Positions 34,020-47,700 of a DNA stretch of 64,000 bases are shown here, piece after piece. The position numbers and the translations under genes are program-made. Positions within the stretch are counted from its first letter, which is position 1, and the number at the start of each line of letters is the position of its first letter. The notes under the pieces were generated by a model, which saw only the letters and a list, made by a program, of their open reading frames with translations, was not told the DNA's origin and ran no database searches. This stretch comes from Cyanophora paradoxa CCMP329 (taxonomy: Eukaryota > Plantae > Glaucophyta), in assembly GCA_004431415.1 (NCBI GenBank), contig QPMI01000477.1:434001-498000 (forward strand), given 5' to 3'.

Positions 34020-34760
34020 TGCTATCACTGAGTCATAACCATCAGACGCTGATCATGATCATGATCATGATCAACGGATGATCATGATCAACGGATCACA
34101 AGCTTTAAGCGGGGACGCGGGGAGACTGTTAGCCGCGGCCGCGGCCGGCGCCGCAGCTGGCTGCAGTTCAAGAGTTGGCACCGCTGCACCTACTAGTAGG
34201 CCTGCACCGCGCGCTCGGCGAGTCGGTCCCGCCGCGGCCACGCGGTCACGGGTCTCTGCCGGCGCCAGAATATTAATCGATATCCGTCGCTGCGCTGCAG
34301 CTGGCACTGCCAGGCTGACTCGAGCTCGCTGCTGACCGTCGGACGGCCGCCGGGCAGGCGTGCATGCGCACAGCTCGCGATGATCTTCGCGGGAGAAGGG
34401 GGGTACATATACATACTCCAGCTACTCCTTTTTTTTGGCTTGCTCCGAAGGTTTTTAATTGGCCACACGTCTTTTTTTCTATCCGGCTAGGGCCGGGCGG
34501 CCCTAGCCGTCACCGGCTAGGGCCGAGATGCGGCCCCGGCTAGCTATAGCCGCCTGCTACTAGGCAGCTATAGCTATAGCCTATAGGCTATAGGGTTAGG
34601 GAACTTGGGGCCCGGGCCCCGGGGCCGCTGGCCCGGCGGGCCCGCTGCCTGCTGGGCTGAGTTCATGATCATGTGCAGATCAGGATCGATATCATGTGCA
34701 CGTGCATGAACCGTTGAACTCCGAACTCATGAATCATGATCACTGAGTCACATGTACAGC
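34020..34760. promoter_or_regulatory. Palindrome-rich promoter region with duplicated ATCACTGAGTCA and GATCAT repeats
   Basis: ATCACTGAGTCA at 34024 and 34739; (GATCAT)n at 34050-34090 and 34662-34742; central CTAG/TATAG block at 34485-34595. Lies directly upstream of the SPX-EXS ATG. Confidence 0.5.
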
Positions 34761-35764
34761 CGCTGACAGACAGTGAGCTACCGGTAACTTGTAAGCTTTT
34801 TCGTGAGCTCAAGATCTAGATGGCCTTGGGTCCAGGGACTCCAGGCTTGGGAAGCAATGGGAACCTTCAAGCGGCGAAGGCTTCGTTTGCGTGAAGTCAA
34901 CTTGGCAACCGACGCCGACGCGGACGCCGAGCTCGAGATTCTCCATAACCTGCGGCCGAGTTTGCCATGAATTAAAAGAAACCCGAAGGTTGCCGTGTGC
35001 ATATGGGAAGCCGCTGAGCACGCCTGGCCCCCCTCTGTGAACCGCCCGCGGGACCGGACCCGTCTGACCTTAAGCTTGTCGCGGCGAGCGTAGGACGCGG
35101 TAGAGACGAGAGGATCCGGACGCGGTTGGGAAAAGTAGGCGAGCGTCCGGCTAAAGGCTTCGATTCCCGTGTGCAGTTGCAATATTCGTGTGCAGTTGCA
35201 AGGGCCCGGAGCCCTCCCACCAACTCTGCGAACCTTTAATAGAGGTTTTACCATGGCCAGCTCTGCTACCGCTATCGAGCACGGATTCGAGGAATCGTCG
35301 ACGTCGGGAGTTCAGTTTGATTGCAAGTAATACAAAAAAAGACGTTAACTTGCATTATAATCTATCTTTAGTGCAATAAATGCTCTGTAAGACTACGTAT
35401 AAGGTACATGTGCAGTCACCTCCAGCTGGTACTTTGCCATGCATCTACGCATTCATACTTCTAGCCATGGCTAAACTTGAACCCTGCAGATCTAGAATTC
35501 AGACAGCTGTTCTGAAACGAATTCGGAATTCTGCAGTCTCACAACGTATACGGTTGCAGCTGTTCGAATATAGCGGACGCATGCTGCCGCAGTGCGCGAA
35601 AAAGGTGTCGAGCTGTCTCATCAAAAAGGCGATGGATGCGTTTTAAATTTGCTCTATCCTTGAAAACACAGATCCAAAAAAGCTGAAGGTAGATCGATTG
35701 AATAATTACACGGTTGAAAATTGGACGATAAATAGCGAGCTTTCTCATCGAGCTCGAGCCATAA

Positions 35765-38700
35765 TCACATGATTACAATGTTATGGGACATCGACGCACG
35801 CCTGGTCCCTCCCTGAGCACCCCCCGCAGGACCCGTCCGGCCTTGCAGCGGCTGCGAAATGTCGACGAGCCGGGGCAGGGCTTCGTAGGACGCCGTCGAG
35901 ACGCCGGGAGATGGGGTACGGCGCCCGCCCTCCCCGCCCGAGCTTGTCTCGTCGTCGCGATCGGCAGTGGCGGACGCGGAAGTGGGAGTCTGCGAGGCGC
36001 TCGTGCTCGTCCGCGTCTCCGTCGATGTCTGCTGGTCATGGGATGCCGACGTCGTCCTTTTCCATCGGGCACGGCCGCGGCCGTCATCGAGGATGGGTCG
36101 GTGGTGGGTCACGGGGGCCCGCCAGTCGGGCGCCGGCGCCGCAAGCGTGTACCGCCGGGCGACGACGGTCGAGGAAGAAGAACCGGTCAAAGTCGACCCC
36201 GTGGGCGTGTCGGACGTCAACGTCGCGGTGGCAGTGGCCGTCGTGTCGTCCTCGCTCCTGCTGTCGCTGGCGCTTCTGGTGGATTCGGATCCCCGCCGGC
36301 GCGATCGCGAATCCGACGATTCCAGCGTCGCCGGCTCCCGGTCGCTCGCCGACCGCGTTCCCGACCACGACCGCCGCCGCCGGCCGCGGCTCGGGGCCCC
36401 GCGGGAGGAGTCGGAATCCGCCGTCGACGTCGCATTCGAGGGGGACCGCGAGGCGCTCGAGCTCCGCCGCCGCCGCCGGTGGCGGCGGCCGCGGGAGACT
36501 TCGCTCTCCGACAGCGTCGACGTCGGCGTCGGGGTGGACGGAGGAGGCGAGGCGGAGACGGACGCCGACTCGCTGTCCGACGCGCTCCGCGCCCGGCGCC
36601 GGCGCCGACGAACGCCGTTGACGTCGTACAGATTTGTTTCGTCGTAGCCCGCGCGCAGCCGCGGCGGCTGCCGCGACCGAGACCGCTGCGGGGCGCTGCG
36701 CGAGCGGCGAGGGGGGACGGGTGGCGCGGCGAAGAGCCGCTCGTGCTCCCGCAGCCGCCGGCGGGCGCCCTCCCGCGTCTGCTGTGCGTGCCGCTGCTCG
36801 CGCCACCGCCTGAACGCTTCCATTTCGTCTTCGGACACGGCCTCGCGGTCGCGCTGCTCGTGATCGCGGTCCGGGTTGGCGGCCGAAGGGTACGGATAGG
36901 CATTGGGCGCGACCATCCGGTTCCGCAGCATGACGGCCCAATGTGCCCCCTTGCTGGAAGCCGAGCCGAGGACGTTGGGCGCCGCGCGCACCGCCGCCAC
37001 GTTCGCGCCCTTGCGCTGCTCGAAGCGCGCGTTCCCGCGGATGACGCCGGACCCGCTCGACATGAGCGAGTGCCCCGACGCGAGGACAACAGAGTTGGCA
37101 CGGGTTCCCGTAACGACGCTCCCGGCGCGGCCCGAGGTCCGAAGTGACGAGCTCGACCCGCGCGAGCGGCCCGTGATGCCGGTGTTCGTGGAGACCGAGT
37201 CGCCGCGGCGGATTCCGCCCTGGCCGCCGAGCTTCCCGCGGGCTCTGTGGCGCTCCAGCTGCGTGCGCGACAGCGTGAAGCGCTTCCGGCAATCTGGCCA
37301 CAGATGAGCAGCGGCGGGCAGGAGAGCGGAAGGGATATTCAAAGAACATTGAAGCGCACTCCAGAGGTTGACGGCGAACGCCGCGCCCTCGCAGACGATC
37401 TTGATGGCCTTGCATCCGAGCAGGGAGCCGCCGACGATGAGCGCCAGCATGGGGTCCTCCAGCGGGTCGAAGGACTGGCGGAGCCAGCACTCGACGGAGA
37501 AGACGAGGCCGATGAGGGCGGAGGCGGCGAGGGCGACGATCGCGTAGTACTGCGACGAGAATGCCCAGTGGTGCATCGACCGGTACGTCATCTGATCGAT
37601 ATCGCGCCCCCGCGGCATCGTTTCGTCAGGATCATATCCGACTCCAAAGCGCAGAGAAAATCGGGGGCGGGAGGCCCGGCGGCGGCGGCGGAGCGCACCG
37701 TGACCGTCGTGTCTTCCTGCTCGCGATCGTGGGCCTTCCACCAGTGCCGCCGCCGCCGGTACTCTCGCTCCTGCAGCACGAAGTACTCGTAGATCTTCAC
37801 CTTCAGGTGCAGCTGCGCGGGCCCCAGGACGATCGAATCTCGCGTTTCACGCGTCTGGCAAGGACGGCGGATCGGACCTCGACGACCTGGAGCAGGATTG
37901 CGTCGACGAGCGGCTGCATCCCCATCACCACCAGCACGAAGACGAGGTAGTAGAGCGGCGCAACTGCGAACGAAGGGCGCCGGGTCAGCGCACGCACGCG
38001 CCGGCGAGCGATGAAGGGCTTGAATGCAATCGCGGACGCACGCTTCGAGAAATTGTACACGTCCTGGAACTTGAATTCGCTGGCGTCGTCGAACGGAAAT
38101 CAGGGGCGGACCCGATCCCAATACTAATTGCGCGATTCGAAGCTCCAGAAAAGCAGAGCGCACTTGTCAAACACGAAAAAGATGACGAGGAGGAAAGGCG
38201 AGAGGACGGAAGAGGTGGCGTCAACCGAATAATTGCCGGCCGTGTCGATGACCTGCATCATTTAGAAAGCGAACAGAGCTCCGAGGATTAAAATATTACA
38301 AATTGCTGGAGGAGCGAGTCGAAAAGAATATTTAATACCGCTTCGAGGGCGTCGTTCTCGTCGTTCTGGTGCTTTTCCTCCTCCTCCTCCTGTTTCGCGG
38401 ACTCGCCCTTCTCCACGCGCGGCAGCGCCAAGTGCTTCGCGAAGACGGTGAAGCGCCACAGCGGCGACTTGACTGCGCCCTCGGCGTCAGACGCGACAAC
38501 ACTGCGCGACGAGCGGGCCGGGGGCACCTAGGTTCCTGGCCAGGAGCAGGCGCGTGACCTTTTCGCGCGCGATGCGGGGCCCGTTGTTCATGAGCCACAC
38601 GGCGCGCGATCCGAGGTACACGATGTCCAGGATCTGCGTCGAAGTAAGACATCAAATCGAATCTACGAACTAAAGCTGAAGCTTTTTGCGGGCCTTGAGG

Positions 38701-41700
38701 GCGAGGTCGAAGTAAAAAGAGGCGAGGAAGGCGACGAAGTTCTCCGCCGCGATCGTGCACATGAAGTTCACCATCTGCGAGCCGGCGAAGGGCGTCGTGA
38801 CCAGCGTGGCGCGCGCTGCAGCGGCGCGGCGCGCACGTCGTACGCGACGAGGAGCGGCGAGGCGAGGAGCGACTGGCGGAGGGACTGCGCGGCGGCGGCG
38901 GCGGCGCAAATGCGCCCGCGCCACGTCACCAAACGAATCGCAAGTTTGAGAAGAATCGAATTCGGGTGTGGCGCACCGTCTCGAGGGTGGCCTCGAGGGC
39001 GATGGCGCCGACGCGGAGCAGGACGACGGAGACCCAGATGTTCTCCGAGAACCAGGTGCTGTACGACCTGCGCGACCCGCGGTTGACTACGGACTCCGGA
39101 TTCACAACCCTTTCCAAGACCGACGCGTCTCTAAGCAGAATTCACCCAGCCAAAGGCTGGCGGCTGCAGCGCCTAGGCCTCTAGATCTAGATCTGCAGCA
39201 ACAAAAGCTTGGCGGCGTGTACGTGCACGCGCCATTCCATGAGGCAGGTCATCAGCGCGACGAGGGCGAAGCAGGCGGCCATGAAGATGCCGCGGTTGAG
39301 GGCGTGGACCCCGAGCCGGTCGTGCTGCTTGACGTGGTACGGGTCGTCCCGCAGGTGCCGGTTCGGGTCCGGCTGCAGGATGCACGCGCTCTTCCAGAGG
39401 ACGTACAACGAGCACGCGAAGAGCGCGGTCCCGAAGCGGGCCTGCTCGCTCCGATGTCAGCACGAGCGGAGCACGGCGAGTCTCGATCTCGAAATGCCAA
39501 GACGCGCAGACCGCCTGGTTGATTTCGCGCTGTTCCTCGGATACGGACGTGTCCAATCCCCAGTCCTGCCAGCGGCCCACGTACAGCTCAAAGGGCTTGA
39601 GGACCTGACGAGCCGTCAGCTCGCGATTGCCATCGCCTTAAAGCTTCGTGCGATTAATTAGTTAGCTTCTGGAGCCTCAATGCAGTTCTAATTAGTTAGC
39701 TTCAAATTAGTTATTGGAACCTTGATGTAGAGCGTGACGAGGACGAAGACGAGGCCCATCGGAATGGCGCCCAGAACCGTGCCCCCAAGCACGGGGACGT
39801 GCAGCACTTTTAGGTACGACAGCGCCCGGAACGATGGCTGAGTTCGAGGAGCGGTACCCGTGAGCTGCAGCTGTCGCAGAGAAACCGGAACGCGCCGAGA
39901 GCATTAACGCACCCGCTTTGACTTCATGCGTTCGAAGTGGTTCCAGTAAAAACGGTGGAAATAGAAGAAGGCCAGCTACGAAGCGCGGTTGATTCATATT
40001 CCGCATGGCAGAGAGACGATATGCGGAGCGCGAACCACGATGATGATGCACGTAATAGTGACGATCGCTCCGATTGCCGCGTAGACCTCGAAGCCGAGCG
40101 CGAACGAGTTGAGCAGCTCGAACCACGTCATCGGCTTCATCGTCACCTGCGCCGCGCCTCGCGATCATCGGCCTGGCGGCCATGGCCACTTATAGAGAGC
40201 TTCTTATATGAGCTTTTTCTATAATAGCTTCTTGTATAGCTTCTTATAAAAAATAAGAGCTTCGTATATAGCGCGCACGGTGAGCGTGTAGGTCCCGTCG
40301 TGCGTCGTGACCGGCTCGAAGTCGCCGAGAGTCACAAAGGCTTGAACGACGCGCTTGCTTGTTTCCGACGTCTGGAAGTACTGGAGCTGCATATTTACAC
40401 TCCAATCAGAGGCCGATCATGAGAGGCGATTGCAAGAGTTCCTAGTAGATGCGCCAGCTTGCCTCAAAGGAAACACGGCGGGCAGCGAGTTTCGAGCCCG
40501 TGCCTGCCCAAAGCGAAGCCGTTCCATCGCCGTCTGTCTTCGTTTCAACCGTGGCGAATTGACCGGAGCTTTGCAATCCACCTGCCAATAATGTTAACAT
40601 CGCATATAGGTAACGCTGCCTTATACGAGAAGAAACGCACTCCAGAATTTGTCGGGCTCGTCAACCTCCTTGGGCAGCACAGGTTGCCACGGTATCTGGA
40701 AGAGGACTTCGCCTTCCGTTGGCTCGAACCTGCCCTCTGTTCAGCGGAACCAAAGGCATGTTCAGGTACCAGGAGGTCTAAGGCCGCGAACCAGTACGTT
40801 GCGGACTGCCCTTCGGTCGAGGCGAGTTCCTCCTCGTATACGCATTTCAATTCGTAGTCGCAGGCGTCTCCTTTTGGCGGCCTGCGCGTGCGCGCGCGTA
40901 AAGCAAGCGCAACATCGATCACGAATGCTGGGATTTACGCACGGGCCGAACGGATTGTACTGCGGGCGTGCGATGCGTTAATGGAAATGGAATAAAATTC
41001 AGAACGATTTTACTTGAACGCTAATCAATATCGCGCACCTGTTGCGTCGGCACGGTCTCCTCTTGCTTTGTAAGATTGCAGCCCGCCGAGTCCTCGAAAA
41101 TAGCGAAAATGGGCACGTACTGCGAGATCGCAAGTGCGAGCGACGATCAGGGTGGAAAGCAGAAAATAACAAAGAAAGCGGTCAAATATAAAGAAAGACG
41201 CACGCGACCAAAGCCAGCGCAGTTGGATATGTAAGGAAGATAAGGAACGACGAAGGTGTACTGCTCCCAGCCCGGGACTGATGAGCTCGGAATCGAGAAA
41301 CAAAGAAAGCCCCCACGGTACGCACCGGCTTCCCTTCGGCGTTCAACGGAGGTTCCACGTTCCGCCTGCGGCAGCACCGTACCTGAGCAACGAATTGCGC
41401 CGAGGCATCTCTTCAAAGCGCACCCAGAAGGATCAACGTTGTCGTACGAAACAGCTTCCAAATTCGTACTTGCAACTCTGCACACGTGCACGCAAAAAGA
41501 AAGACAGAAAATAGAATTGAGGTTAGTGCAACGCTAACATATCAGACCAATGTGCCAGACGCACGTGAGAAGGAAGGGGTACTTCGCGTTCGTTTGATTC
41601 CAAGGGATCGGCACAAACCACGTCGACGGCTCGTTTCGGTTCGGCTCAAAGGCGAGTGACTGTAGGTTTGTCGGGCTGACGAAGTCCATGGTCTGCGTCT

Positions 41701-44700
41701 TTGCCGTGACAATGGCGACGAAGGCTTTGTTGGTTCCGAGGATGGCCCGTTCGGCGCGCTTCAAAAGAAGGGAAGCGATGGGTTGCGTCGCCAGCGTGTC
41801 GAAGCCGACGAGATTAGAGGGGTTATAGAGATCCATATCGATGAAGAAGGCGGGTGTCAGGTCGGACATCGGAAGCAGATTGATCTGCAGGAGCGACGAG
41901 GAGTCCACGGCCTTCCCATCGGTTCGGGCCAGCATGAAGGGCAGCGGCTCGCTCGCGGATCCGTTCTTGCCGGAGGAACCGGCGGCTTGTTTGAAGAGGG
42001 GAACCGTCCCGTCTGCCGGAGGCGGCGAGCTGCTCGGGACGCGCGAGACGAATTTGAAGCCGAAATCACCCTTCGTGTAGTTCAAAAAGGGAGCCCCCGG
42101 GGCCGCCCGGAACGCGTTGGCGGCGAGCTGCGCGGAGCGTGAGCGGCGAGGCGCGCGGGCGCGCATACGTGATCGGGGACGCGGCGCACCTCGGGGAGGT
42201 TGAGGAAGACGGAGACGAGGCTGTAGCCCCCGTCCGTCTGCGGCGCGTAGTACGTCGCGTTGCCCTTGCGCGCCTGGCCGCCCGCGCCCGTCGCGGGGTC
42301 CGTCGGCCGCGAAGCACCGCCGCCGGAAGGCGTGAGGACGAAGCGTCGCCACTGCTCGCCGACGCCCGACGGCAGCGGCGCGCCGGAGGGGTCGATAATG
42401 CGCTGCAGGTCGCCGGTCGAGAAGCACTGGTCGATAGAGGTCGAGCCATCCGGACACTTGAGACCCGCCGGCACCTGAAGCGCCTCGAAATCGACCGAGA
42501 GGGCGCTGGCTGCGGGGCCGCCCGCGGCCGCGCCGGACGTGCCGTTGGACTGCAGAGGCCGCCGCTGCGATGGTGACGCCCAGCGTACTGGTACCGGCTC
42601 TGCCCACGCACGCGGCTCTGACTCGTTGCCCGAGCGAGGCCGCGTGAGCGGAGACGTCCATAGCGCCGGCGCCGGCAGAGTGGGGAACTCGCGCGGAGCT
42701 GCTACGATGGCGAGGGCAGCCGGCTGGCTTTGGGCGCCACCGAAAATGGCGGCGGCGGAGAGATGGCGACGGGCGGAGCCGGCGCGGGAGAGCGCCACGT
42801 TGATTGTGGTGGCGATGTTCGCTGAAAGCGCATCGCTTCCCGAACGAGAGCGGCTCGCTGCGATTTGTCCCAGCATGTACTGTACGGATTCGTCAGAGAG
42901 CAGCTCCAGCGGGGCGCGCGCCAGCGCCCAGTAGAATTCGACCTGCCATGCACTGCTAAGATTCTGAAATAGAAAGACAAAACTGCACGCTCACCTCTCC
43001 CGTAGTAGCGTTGTTCACGGCAGCGGTGCCGCGGAGACAGAAACGGTTCTGCGGGCAGCGCAGCTGCTTCGCTGTCGACGGAGTCGACTGCAGACATAAT
43101 AATCAGCCGAATTCGAAGTGGCGGTGGGCTTAAAAGAAGAATTCAGGAGCGGGCTAATTGTGATACGCGCCTGCTCGAAGCAGTAGTAGCCGGCCTCGCA
43201 GGGGAGCGCGTACTTCGAGGCGGGCGTCGTGCCGGCGGGGCAGTAGAAGCCGGCGGGGCACTTCTCGGCGAACTGCGACGAGCCGCTCGTGCCGGTGCTG
43301 CAGACGTAGCCTGGCGCGCGCGAGCGTCGACGTCGGAATTTCGAACGATTTCAGGCGCGGATCAAACGTTAACGGCGGTGCCGCAGCGCACCGTCGGCAC
43401 ACTTGGAGGCGCGCGAGATGTCTCGGGTCCCCGTGACGGCGCAGACGAGGCCCGCGGGGCAGGGGATGCACGCGGAGATGTCGGTCGCTCCGGCCACCTC
43501 CGAGTAGGTCCCCTCCGGGCACGGAATGCACGAGATGGCGTTGTTGACGCCGTCGTCCAGCGGGCGGTACGTCCCCGCCTGGCACGGCTGCGGCTCGAAC
43601 GTCCCCTCTTGCACTGCGCATGGCCCCGCGGCCATCAGATTGACGACGACCTGTGCCAGACAGTGGCAGCGATTTCGACGCACGGCACTGGAAGCCTGCA
43701 GGGCAGCGCAGGCAGATTGAATAGCCTTCGGTCGATGTGTAGTTTCCGGGGGCGCATTTCGCGGCAAACGTGTTGCCTTCCCCCGATGAGAAGGTTCCCT
43801 TCGGAGCGGGGATAGGCGACGTCATCTGGTCCCCTAAAAATGCCCCCACGTCAGCTTGCATCTAATTATATAAGATGGAGATAGAGCCAAAACAACGGAC
43901 GCGGGCAGATAGAGCCTGACGGACAAGCCTGGCACTCGGGCTGCCCGGATTCCGGCTGGAAACTTCCCTTGCGGCACGGCAGCTGCGCGATGGAGGACGG
44001 CGAAGCTACGAAGAAGCCCGGGTCCGCCTTTACGGGGGCCGTAAGGCCCCTCGTCGGGCAGTACGACCCCGACTCGCACGGAATGCACGCGGATGCGTTC
44101 GCAAACGCTGCGGGGTGGGCGTCCAATCAGGGGCTCTACAGGTCAGCAGCTTAAAGCTTGCAGACGCGGGACGCACGCATGTAGGAGCCGGCTGGGCACT
44201 CCTGTTGGGCGGTAGAACCGGAGGAGGGGACGACGAATCCTGGTTCTGCTGGCTGACACTCTCTCTGTCCGAACTTGGCCGTGAAGAAGCCTGGGGAAAT
44301 TTAAAAAGACAGCAACTTCATCGCGAATCATAGCTTTTTGTTTACCTGGCAGGCACAGGTCGCACTGCCTGGAGCCGACTTTCGCGGTGTATGTGCCCGG
44401 GTTGCAGTCCGCGGGGAGGGCGGCCCCATCGAAGTTCACGAACTTGCCTGGCGGCGCCGCGGTGCAGTTCGTGTTGTTGTACCCCGTTGCGTACGTCCCT
44501 GCCAGGCCTGCATCGCAGTCAAAAAGCAGAGAGTTAAATTCAAAGTTTAAAAGCGTGATCATACACGAGGAACAAGCGGCGGTCCCGAATTTGTCTGCGA
44601 CACGCGTACGCTCGATTACAAGACGAACGCTATTTACAAATCTGCGAATCGAACTGCAACTGAGCACGCAAACCCGAGTACGATCCGGCAGTGCACGGGC

Positions 44701-47700
44701 GTTGGTCCACTGTGCCGACGCCGGGAGAGTAGTAGCCCGGCTCCGTCAGCAGAGGCTCGACCAACTTCGTCGTAGGGCAATAGTACTGTAGCGGGCAAGA
44801 TTTGCAGGCCGTAGATCCCAGTTGATCTGTGAACGCCAGGGATCGAGGGCGACGAAATGTTTTAACGCAAGGCCTAGATGGGTTGCGGCATCGCAAATGC
44901 CGCACCCTGGTAGCTTCCCTCGCCGCAGGGCGTAGGCTTTGTGAGGCCCTGGGACGGGCAGAAGTGCCCGCGATCGCAGAGGACCTGCGCATGTGCCGCC
45001 TCGCTCAGCGCCTACAAATCGCTTCCCTGACGATTCCGTCTTCGCGGACTGCGCAGGTGCACCTGCGCAAGTGCGCCGTCTTCGGCGTCCGTAGCAACAC
45101 AGTAGAAGCCCGCCTCGCAGAGCCCGCGGCCCTGAGTTCCGCCGAGTGCGATCAGAACCAAGGGCCGCGATCAACTATAGACAGAGGCGCCAGCACCGCA
45201 CCTGGGGGTTGTCCTGGCCCGCGGGGCACGACGCGCCACCGAAGCACGGCTGCGGCGAAAAGAAGTCCCCGAGGATCGTTTCGGCAAGGCCTGCGAAACC
45301 CGCTCAGGCATTCGGGCTAGGCCATGGCCATTCCAATTTCACGACGAACCGGTCCCAGCCTCGCAGTAGAATCCCGGCGGGCACAGCTTCGGGTAGCCGA
45401 ACGGCGGGGCTTTTACGAGATCGTAGGTGTCGATGGAGACGTTGAGAGCGTTGCACTGGAGTGGCTCCGGGCCTGCGTAGGGCCACTGCGAGGGCGGCGT
45501 GCCGCTCTGAACCTCACGGCGCGTTTGTTCGCAGGCGTCCGGAGGCAGTTCCACGATCCCGAGCGCGCTGTTGAGGGGGCCGAGCGCCGGCGCGCTCGAA
45601 TTGAACGCTATGCCGGTCTTTGTCCCTTGGTTGCAGATGAAGCCGGGCGGGCTGCAAAACGCTCAGCGGTCAAGGATCGCGAGCATCCAAGCGCCATGGC
45701 CGCGCACCAGATCTTCCCGAAGACGAGAGACTCTTGGTCGCAGAGCTCGCCGGCCGGGCAGATATCGGGCCAGACCATGCCCAACCGGGGACAAACGCCG
45801 CCCACGCGGCAAGGCCTGCGATTGTTGACTCGGGCGTCAGCAATGGGACTGCTTATGTTTAAGGTGAAGGCCCGCGGGATTGATATCGCACTTGCAGAAG
45901 GGTTGGCCGACTTCGTCCTGGTATGTCCCGGGAGGGCACTGCAAGAGCGCGAAAACGGTTTCTGGGAATGGATCCACGTTTGCGCTGCAAGTGTGCGTCA
46001 TGATCATGTGACAGACAGCGAAGTATAGCGGCGGCGTCCTGAAGCTAGGGCTACGCATGCATATGCACCCGGCATCTTGCAGATCGGACCACGTGCGGTT
46101 GCCCTCGACGCGAGTCGGGCAGAAGTGGCCCCGGGGACACGGCAGAATTGCGCCGGAGCGGCAGAACGAACCGGCGGGGCAGGCTTCGTACGTGAAGAAG
46201 ACCGCGCCGAGCAGGCCGGAGGCGAATTGGCGGCCGTTGTTCCTAGAAATTGAATGCGATATAAGGGCTTATCTTGAAGACATATCTTCGATTGAACATA
46301 GGCAACTTACGAGACAGAGAGGGGCACGGGCCCGTGCTCCTGCTGCGGCGGGGCGTGGCAGACGACAGCGCTGGAGTTCCGGTAGACGCCGGGCACGAGA
46401 GTCGTCCCAAACTGGCAAACCAGCTCCGAGGTGCGCACAAAGTTCCCACCTCGAACCAAGATGGGCGTGTACCCCGTGGTGAAGCTCGATTTGGGCTCCA
46501 GGGACACAACATACGGAACGGCTGCGCGGGGGTGAGTGCGATGTTCATTGTAACGCAGATCTAGAGATGGTATTTCAGCGTGCTCACGTTGCACGTCGAT
46601 GTCGAGAGCATATCGCAACGGGAATGCCGGCTCGGGGAACTCGTACCACGTGTAGATCGCTGAGGAGTTGGAATTCGTTGTTCTACTTGCGTTCGAGTAT
46701 CCGACGCTTTCGATATCGAGCTCTGATGTGGCGTTCGCCACGCAGTTTGTCGCCGGGCAATCCGTAGCGTTCTTCAGCTCGCGGCGACGATGGATTGAGG
46801 CGCCAGAAATAGTCCGCACGCTCCGCAGGTACGCCAACAACCCGTCCGCAAGATTGTTGTGGTTGAAGAACGAGGTAGTGCGGCGCGCGGTTGGCGATAA
46901 CAGCGTCGTCGTATTTGCAGCACGAAGACTTGCTGTCATATTCGCGTAGAAAGCAGCGGCCGCGGAGAGCAGACGTCCCCATGCGGCATTGGCGACGTCA
47001 TGCGCGGCAACGAGTTCGCCTCCGCCGATGGCGATGCGCATGTCGATCGTGCGCGCCTTGACGCGCGGGCCAGTCGCATCACCCAGGTCCACAGCGCGGA
47101 GCAGCGTCAGCGTCCGCGACACGTACTGCGGGCCGCAGCCCGCGGCCGACGCGTTCAGCGGTATCGATGGTGCGCCTTCGTAGGCCAAGGGTGCAGTCGC
47201 GTTGCAGGGCGTGCCGTCCCACAGTGCAAGAGCAGAGATGTCGAGTTCGGGTACTGTCATCCGAACGATGCTCGACTGTGCCGACTGCGCGAGGAAATTG
47301 AACATAAAAGAAGTTCAGCCGTACTGAATAAGGCGCACCAAAGCAGGGCTCAGGCATTCCGAGGTGCTGCCATCGAGAGGTGACATGCGGACAAAAACGC
47401 GCCCAAAATTGCAGCCGATGCCCGAATCCCCGTCATCGAAGCCAGATCCGCCAACGAGAACGGGCGTCCCGCCCGTCTCGGCCGACGCATTTACGTTCAC
47501 GCTCCAGGCGCTAATAGGGTTCAGCAGTCGCACGCGCGCGGAGCCCGCAGCTGCCGTCGACGTCGCTGTCGGGCCAGCGCCAGCCACGCGTACAGTCGCG
47601 GCCGTGTGCAGCGAGAGAAGGTCTCCATCGTTCAAGAGGGGAGTCTCGCACGCAGCAGCAGAGGTAGAGATCCATCTCGAGAATCCGGTTCGTCGTCCAT

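Noticed and set aside
33962-34500. P1BS (GNATATNC) phosphate-response element upstream of SPX-EXS
   Set aside because: I found no exact match; the nearest is GAATATTA at about 34268.
34591-34601. Telomere-like TAGGGTTAGGG (also TTTAGA repeats at about 2972)
   Set aside because: Only two or three units, within low-complexity intergenic DNA.
35783-37490. Several long overlapping Arg-rich ORFs on both strands
   Set aside because: Expected in very GC-rich sequence; only the minus frame continuing the TM domain is supported.
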